Assembly: GCA_964628885.1 (NCBI GenBank)
Contig: CAZVMP010000001.1
Span: 43,459 to 107,458, forward strand
Length of the DNA stretch: 64,000 nt
Reading direction: 5' to 3'
Origin: an uncultured Gammaproteobacteria bacterium
GTDB lineage: Bacteria > Patescibacteriota > Microgenomatia > UBA12405
A model generated the notes under the pieces. The model made no database searches and was not told the DNA's origin. It saw nothing but the letters and a program-made list of their open reading frames with translations. Positions 58,978 to 64,000 of the stretch are shown one piece after another; within the stretch, counting starts at the first letter, position 1; every line of letters begins with the position of its first letter. The translations under genes were made by a program, and so were the position numbers.

Positions 58978-59110
58978 TAAACCTCCTTTAAAATTTTAGG
59001 GTAATATTACCCTCGAATTTCAATTTGATTATATTATATTTTTAAACAAAGTACAAGTAAAAACTAATATATTCGACCGCAATCGATCTCTTTATAATAT
59101 TTGTCATTAT

Positions 59111-59142
59111 TGCATATAAAAATCGAACTAAAAATAGTTCGA
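59111..59142 (-). terminator. Rho-independent terminator after the tRNA-Gly/tRNA-Thr pair
   Basis: 8-bp perfect stem TCGAACTA-AAAA-TAGTTCGA, followed on the minus strand by TTTTTAT. Confidence 0.5.
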
Positions 59143-59156
59143 TTAAAATATTATAA

Positions 59157-59232
59157 TGGAGCCGAAGGGGAGAGTCGAACTCCCGACCTCAGCTTTACGA
59201 AAGCTATGCTCTACCAACTGAGCTACTTCGGC
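59157..59232 (-). tRNA. tRNA-Thr (anticodon CGT), CCA encoded
   Basis: Reverse complement folds as GCCGAAG-TA-GCTC-AGTTGGTA-GAGC-A-TAGCT-TTCGTAA-AGCTG-AGGTC-GGGAG-TTCGACT-CTCCC-CTTCGGC-T-CCA. Confidence 0.85.
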
Positions 59233-59237
59233 TTTAG

Positions 59238-59308
59238 AGCGGCTAGAGGGAATCGAACCCTCGACCTGTCCTTGGGAAGGACACATTTTACCATTAAACT
59301 ATAGCCGC
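59238..59308 (-). tRNA. tRNA-Gly (anticodon CCC)
   Basis: Reverse complement folds as GCGGCTA-TA-GTTT-AATGGTA-AAAT-G-TGTCC-TTCCCAA-GGACA-GGTC-GAGGG-TTCGATT-CCCTC-TAGCCGC-T; it lies 5 nt upstream of tRNA-Thr. Confidence 0.8.
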
Positions 59309-59334
59309 GCTTAAAAGAATTTTAACACGGTCTA

Positions 59335-59901
59335 TTAGTTCGATTCGGGAATATTCAACACCATTCCAATTTCTAGACCATTAGGATTATATATTTTTGA
59401 TTTATTCTTTTCCCAAATCTTTGTCCACTGATAGCCATCTTGATAAGCTCTAACAGCTATTTTCCACAAACTATCACCTTCAACCACTTTATATTCTCCT
59501 GGCAAAATTTTATTATCTTCAACTTTATTTAAGCCTTCTAATTTTGGTAAAGTAATCTTTTGTCCTACCTCAATTAAAGATGGATTCTCTATCTTATTAG
59601 CTTTTGCGATCTCCGTCCAAGCATGCCCATCATTATATTTTTTCTCAGCCAATCTCCATAAATTATCACCAGCTACAACTATATATGAATCACTTTCTTT
59701 GTTTATTTCACCAGCCTCTAAATCTTCTTTATTATTTAAACTAATATCGCTTGATCCTGGGATATTAATATTTCCTTTATTCTTCTGAAAATAATTAAAA
59801 ATTAAACCACCGACCACCACTACAATTATTAATCCTAAAAACATACTTACAATTTCTTCAGTTGACTTAAAATATTTTTTACGGATATTAGAGAGTTTCA
59901 T
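59335..59901 (-). CDS. LysM-domain peptidoglycan-binding protein (two LysM repeats, N-terminal TM)
   Basis: Two LysM repeats 'YIVVAGDNLWRLAEKKY...VGQKITLP' and 'YKVVEGDSLWKIAVRAY...IGMVLNIP'. Confidence 0.8.
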   Translation of the reverse strand: MKLSNIRKKYFKSTEEIVSMFLGLIIVVVVGGLIFNYFQKNKGNINIPGSSDISLNNKEDLEAGEINKESDSYIVVAGDNLWRLAEKKYNDGHAWTEIAKANKIENPSLIEVGQKITLPKLEGLNKVEDNKILPGEYKVVEGDSLWKIAVRAYQDGYQWTKIWEKNKSKIYNPNGLEIGMVLNIPESN

Positions 59902-59940
59902 AAAAGTTAGTATAATAATTAATTATAAATTAAATTCAAT

Positions 59941-60246
59941 TTACACTATTCTGGGACGAATTGCAATATCATCAACAAATGATTTATCCAACTTTCCAAC
60001 AAATTTACGCATATTCTCCGCAAAAGCATCTAAAAGTTCACGATTTATCCTATAAATTCTCTGTTTTCCCACTACCTGGTAATTAACTAAATCTGCTTTT
60101 CTTAATATTGACAAATGATTCGATAGTGTTGCTTGCCTAATTTCAAAGTTAACCAATAATTTATTTACCGACATCTCTTTATCTTTTAACAATGTTAAAA
60201 TTTTTCTTCTATTTTTATCAGCTAAAGCTTTAAATATTTTATCCAT
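59941..60246 (-). CDS. ArsR/SmtB family transcriptional regulator
   Basis: 'LADKNRRKILTLLKDKEMSVNKLLVNFEIRQATLSNHLSILRKADLV' winged-helix HTH. Confidence 0.8.
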   Translation of the reverse strand: MDKIFKALADKNRRKILTLLKDKEMSVNKLLVNFEIRQATLSNHLSILRKADLVNYQVVGKQRIYRINRELLDAFAENMRKFVGKLDKSFVDDIAIRPRIV

Positions 60247-60332
60247 AGAGCAATTATATAGATAAACATCAATATATTCAATAATTAATCATGGCTTGAT
60301 TATCAAACTAATATTAGAGAAAATACTCTAAT

Positions 60333-60944
60333 ATGAAAAACTTTGATAACAAACAAGAACAAACTCTAGTTATTGTTAAACCTGATGGAGTCCAAAGAGG
60401 TTTGATCGGAGAAGTTATTCGTCGCTACGAGCAGTGCGGTCTCAAACTTGCCGGTCTTAAAATGGTTATTCCTACTCGTGATTTAACTCTTAAACATTAT
60501 TCTATTGACCCTGAATGGGCTATTAAAAGCGGTTCTAAAACTTTTGAATCTTATAAAGCCAAAGGACTCCCTTTACCCGGAAAAGATCCTGTTGAATTTG
60601 CTGAAGGTATTAGACGCAAACTCATGGATTTTATGAGTAGTGGCCCAGTTGTTGCTATGATTTGGCAAGGGATGGGAGCTGTAGCCATCGTCCGAAAAAT
60701 AACTGGATCTACTGAACCACTAGCTTCTGCTCCTGGAACTATCCGTGGTGACTATACTATTGATTCTTATACCGCTGCTGACACCGATGCTCGTGCTGTT
60801 AGAAATATCATTCACTCTTCTGGATCAGTCGAAGAGGCCTCTAAAGAAATTCCTATCTGGTTTGATAAAAAAGAAATTTTATCATACAGATTAGTTGCTG
60901 AAGAAATTATCTACGATGTCAACCTCGACGGGATTTTGGAATAA
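60333..60944 (+). CDS. ndk: Nucleoside diphosphate kinase (long form)
   Basis: 'EQTLVIVKPDGVQRGLIGEVIRRYEQCGLKLAGLKM' and 'NIIHSSGSVEEASKEIPIWF' (active-site His region). Confidence 0.85.
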   Translation: MKNFDNKQEQTLVIVKPDGVQRGLIGEVIRRYEQCGLKLAGLKMVIPTRDLTLKHYSIDPEWAIKSGSKTFESYKAKGLPLPGKDPVEFAEGIRRKLMDFMSSGPVVAMIWQGMGAVAIVRKITGSTEPLASAPGTIRGDYTIDSYTAADTDARAVRNIIHSSGSVEEASKEIPIWFDKKEILSYRLVAEEIIYDVNLDGILE

Positions 60945-61017
60945 ATTTTTGCAAAAAAAAAGCGGTCAACAAAACTAAGATACAAAAGTATCATTAGCCA
61001 TGCTGGCCGCTTAACTT

Positions 61018-61395
61018 TTAAAATAAACACTTCAGTTGATTGAAAGTCAAATCTCCATTCAGATATGATTTTAAGCATCGATAAAGGTAATAAGATTTTT
61101 TCATTTGATCTCTCAAATGAAAATCTTTTATAAAACAAATATCATTCTCAACGGCAATTCCATACTCCTGAAATAGAAACACTAAACCACTCTCCATTTC
61201 AGAGGCATCACCAATACTAAGACAATCACTTTGTTTTACTTTGGTAAGTATAATATTAATTCTCTTTTCTATTTCTAGTATTTTTTTTCTCTTCTCTTGA
61301 AAGTAGTAAATTAATACTATCGTCACCATTATCAAAACTATGATTGCTGCAAAGAAAAGCATCCTGAAAACAAACATTTTTGTAATATAATCCAT
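61018..61395 (-). CDS. Hypothetical protein with N-terminal TM helix
   Basis: ORF only; no family recognised. Confidence 0.35.
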   Translation of the reverse strand: MDYITKMFVFRMLFFAAIIVLIMVTIVLIYYFQEKRKKILEIEKRINIILTKVKQSDCLSIGDASEMESGLVFLFQEYGIAVENDICFIKDFHLRDQMKKSYYLYRCLKSYLNGDLTFNQLKCLF

Positions 61396-61399
61396 AATA

Positions 61400-61600
61400 T
61401 TACCTCCTTTTAGGTTGATAGATGATCGGTTGATAGTAACCCTTTCTAGCTTTTTTTAGATATCTCTTTTTCTGTCTAATCTGTTTATCATATTGCCTAG
61501 AAATATATATTTTTTTTTCGTTCCTTTCACTTATGATTTCCGTTACCCCCAATACCATTAGCCAGATAAGAATTAATACCAAGATAATAAAAAAACCCAT
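61400..61600 (-). CDS. Small hypothetical membrane protein with basic C-terminus
   Basis: ORF only; TM helix followed by an Arg/Lys-rich tail. Confidence 0.3.
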   Translation of the reverse strand: MGFFIILVLILIWLMVLGVTEIISERNEKKIYISRQYDKQIRQKKRYLKKARKGYYQPIIYQPKRR

Positions 61601-61802
61601 TTCATTACCACCTTTCCAACTAATTTATTTATTTTAAAAGAGCTTTATATTAAAAGACTTTATCAGCGCTTCTGCCGACAAATCTTACTAATTTCATTAT
61701 TAAAAACCTGTAATAATATATTATATAAAAAATTAATATACAAGTCAAGCCTAAACTTAACATTTATCAATACACAAGGGGTAAAAATACACCACCGCCT
61801 CC

Positions 61803-62858
61803 TTATGACAACATCCTTCTCTGCTTTGCTTCGTTAGCCTTTATGTTTCTATAAGAAATTTTAGTATAAGCCCAAAAGGCAATTGCTAAATATAGTTCAC
61901 TCACTTCTAACCAATCCTGAACAACATATTTCCGAAAAATATCATTAACAACCATATCATAATTAAAATTTATAAATCTCCTATCAAAATAAATTAAGAA
62001 TAAAAACAAAAAATAAAAAAATAAAAAATCAGGAGCAGCAAAAATCTCTAATTGGTCTTTCTTTTTTTTAAAAAACATTTTTAGTACTATTCCCGAAGAA
62101 ATTCCGTAAAGACCAACTAAAACATAAGCATTTTGATTCATATCATAACTAAAATTATTATGGATATTAATTTCATTTTGAATATTAATCTCTTGAAGAC
62201 TATTCGGAGTTTTCCATCCAAAAATTCTTTGTCCATAAGAAATCTCTTCAAGAGATACAAAAAACAAAGCAATTGAAAATAATAAAAATAATCTAGCATA
62301 AACTTTCTTATTTTTATTATTTTTTAAATGCCAAAAAATTTTAAATGATCCCCATCCAGCCAAAAGATAAAATATGAACTGCATGTATTCCAATATTGCA
62401 TCCTCTCTAACCAAACTCCAAAAAATAGGATGATGTTCAATCCACAAATAGCAAAAAATAATTAGAATAATTGGAAATAAAATACGTATTTTCCTTTTAA
62501 ACTTATCTTTTTCCTTAAAAGAAGAGATATAAAAAATCATCCAACCTAACAAGGGGAGATAAATAAATGAGTAGGGAAATATATGTAAATGTTGTAAGAC
62601 ATAATTCTTATAGTTAATCTTCTCTAAAATAATTAGAACCAAGCCAATAAGAGATAAAAACGGCAGTAATAACTTATTAATTCGTGATATCTTTTTAGGA
62701 ATTAAGGTCTGATCAAAAAATAAAAAAAATAATAAAATTAAAGAATAAATAGTAAAAATTCCCAAAGAAGTTAATCCAAAATATCTAAAAGTAAATGTTG
62801 AGGAAATAGTAGCATTAAAAGCTAAAAGTCCAGTAAATATTAAAAATAATAAAATCAC
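61803..62858 (-). CDS. Polytopic integral membrane protein, paralog of 6577..7629
   Basis: Shares the 'EEIS[WY]GQRIF...TP...EI.IHN' and 'ED..LEY.QF' blocks and the ~350-aa, ~10-TM architecture with the protein at 6577..7629. Confidence 0.6.
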   Translation of the reverse strand: MILLFLIFTGLLAFNATISSTFTFRYFGLTSLGIFTIYSLILLFFLFFDQTLIPKKISRINKLLLPFLSLIGLVLIILEKINYKNYVLQHLHIFPYSFIYLPLLGWMIFYISSFKEKDKFKRKIRILFPIILIIFCYLWIEHHPIFWSLVREDAILEYMQFIFYLLAGWGSFKIFWHLKNNKNKKVYARLFLLFSIALFFVSLEEISYGQRIFGWKTPNSLQEINIQNEINIHNNFSYDMNQNAYVLVGLYGISSGIVLKMFFKKKKDQLEIFAAPDFLFFYFLFLFLIYFDRRFINFNYDMVVNDIFRKYVVQDWLEVSELYLAIAFWAYTKISYRNIKANEAKQRRMLS

Positions 62859-62887
62859 CGCAAAAATCTCACAAATGGATAATAATT

Positions 62888-62964
62888 CTGGCGGGCCCGA
62901 TGGGATTCGAACCCACGATCTTCCGCGTGACAGGCGGATGTGCTAGACCGCTGCACCACGAGCC
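62888..62964 (-). tRNA. tRNA-Asp (anticodon GTC), CCA encoded
   Basis: Reverse complement folds as GGGCTCG-TG-GTGC-AGCGGTCTA-GCAC-A-TCCGC-CTGTCAC-GCGGA-AGATC-GTGGG-TTCGAAT-CCCAT-CGGGCCC-G-CCA. Confidence 0.85.
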
Positions 62965-63029
62965 CTCGGTCTATAATTGTTTCAATAATATATCAAAAAG
63001 TTGTACTTTAAACAACGCTATAATTAATT

Positions 63030-64000
63030 ATGGCCAGAACTAAAAAAACTTATACTAACGCTGAAATTGCTCAAACTCTTCAAAATATTGCCACTGCTTA
63101 CGAAATTAAAAAGAAAAATTTTTTTAGGATTCAGTCATATCAAGATGCTGCCGAAACTGTTCTTACTTATCCTGAATCTATACATCATCTCTGGCAAAAA
63201 AACCCTCAGCTTATTGCTGATATCCCAGGAATTGGACCCAATATTTTTAAAAAAATCACCTACCTTTTTCAAAATCAAAAACTTCATCCACATATAATTC
63301 AAGCTTTTAAAAATATCCATCCTACGGTTTTTACCTTCACTAAAATAAATGGTATCGGGCCAAAAATTGCCTACACTCTATCTAAAAAATTAAAATTTTC
63401 TTCCAATCCAATCAGAGCCTTAAACCAACTAGTTAATTACGCCAAGAATGGAAAAATTAAAAATATTCCTAAATTTGGCGAAAAATCAGAAAAATTAATC
63501 TTAGATAATACTTTAGTTTTCTTAGGTCATTCTCGCAGAATGACCCATAAAGAAGCCCAAAAAACTGCCGACAGTATTATCAATTTCCTTCACCAGAAAT
63601 TCCCCAATATTCAAATATTAACTCTAGGTAGTCTACGTCGCCAAACCAAGACTGTCGGCGATATTGATTTGGCCGCCAAATCAACCCAAGCTAATCAAAT
63701 CCTTAATTATTTTATTACCTATCCTGGTAACATTCAGACCATTAATAGGGGACTTAAGAAAGCTTCTATAAGAGTCTATCCTGATGTTAGAGTTGACCTT
63801 ATGGTTCAACCGGCCAAAAACTTTTACTCATTAATTCAACACTTTACTGGATCAAAAAACCATAATATTCTACTTAGAAAGTATGCCCTCTCTTTAGGAT
63901 TATCAATTTCAGAATATGGTATTAAAGACCTAAAAACCAACAAAATAAATACTTTTAATACTGAAGAAAAATTATACAATTTCCTAAAACTTTGCTATAT
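63030..64000 (+). CDS. DNA polymerase family X (Pol beta-like), 5' part; gene runs off the window end
   Basis: Manual translation from ATG 63030 is open to the window edge with no stop: 'MARTKKTYTNAEIAQTLQNIATAYEIKKKNFFRIQSYQDAAETV...IPGIGPNIFKKI...INGIGPKIAYTL...LGSLRRQTKTVGDIDLA'. It has the HhH GIG motifs and the PolX 'GS.RR....GD.D' motif. It is absent from the ORF track, which lists only ORFs that end inside the window. Confidence 0.7.
   Translation, partial: MARTKKTYTNAEIAQTLQNIATAYEIKKKNFFRIQSYQDAAETVLTYPESIHHLWQKNPQLIADIPGIGPNIFKKITYLFQNQKLHPHIIQAFKNIHPTVFTFTKINGIGPKIAYTLSKKLKFSSNPIRALNQLVNYAKNGKIKNIPKFGEKSEKLILDNTLVFLGHSRRMTHKEAQKTADSIINFLHQKFPNIQILTLGSLRRQTKTVGDIDLAAKSTQANQILNYFITYPGNIQTINRGLKKASIRVYPDVRVDLMVQPAKNFYSLIQHFTGSKNHNILLRKYALSLGLSISEYGIKDLKTNKINTFNTEEKLYNFLKLCY

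Noticed and set aside
59101-59304. 67-aa plus-strand ORF
   Set aside because: It overlaps tRNA-Thr and tRNA-Gly on the opposite strand and is explained by those tRNA genes.
63067-63320. Two small ORFs (76 aa on the plus strand, 61 aa on the minus strand) in the ORF track
   Set aside because: They lie inside the PolX reading frame identified by manual translation and are alternative-frame artefacts.

Overview
This is a low-GC (about one-third G+C by eye), gene-dense bacterial window with short intergenic regions and many 4-25 nt gene overlaps. That pattern fits a streamlined genome such as Patescibacteria/CPR or another reduced Gram-positive-like lineage (inference only). The contents, in order: (1) A frameshifted GT2 glycosyltransferase at the left edge. 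(2) A ~4 kb plasmid/ICE-like island at 840-4823: a VirD4/TraG-like coupling ATPase, a replication-relaxation family protein and a DUF2958 protein. (3) A secreted protein with two tandem fibronectin-type-III-like domains, a HIT hydrolase, and a polytopic membrane protein that has an inverted paralog ~55 kb downstream. (4) A large cell-surface polysaccharide locus at ~7.7-27.3 kb: ugd, galE, metK, about 11 GT1/GT2 glycosyltransferases, a hexapeptide acetyltransferase, a Wzy-like polymerase, manC and a priming sugar-phosphate transferase, followed by a large membrane-anchored protein. (5) recO-like, glyQS, and a reduced dcw cluster: rsmH, ftsL, ftsI, murE, then a Bpt/ATE_C-like tRNA-dependent transferase, a MurC/Mpl-type ligase, murA, mraY, an NlpC/P60 peptidase, a minus-strand LysW-like zinc-ribbon gene, a ThrC-like PLP enzyme, an ATP-grasp ligase, then ftsW, murG, ftsQ-like, ftsA, ftsZ. 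(6) ileS, a second SEDS (rodA), rplU, rpmA, parB-like, lepB. (7) tRNA-Val, a second small glycosylation locus, a DUF4143-type AAA ATPase, a tRNA-Gly/tRNA-Thr pair with a terminator, LysM protein, ArsR regulator, ndk, tRNA-Asp, and a PolX-family polymerase gene running off the right edge that the ORF track does not list. I found no CRISPR array and no rRNA. The part most worth follow-up is the non-canonical insert inside the dcw cluster (Bpt-like transferase, and LysW-like + PLP enzyme + ATP-grasp ligase + NlpC/P60). It sits where murF/murD/ddl normally are.
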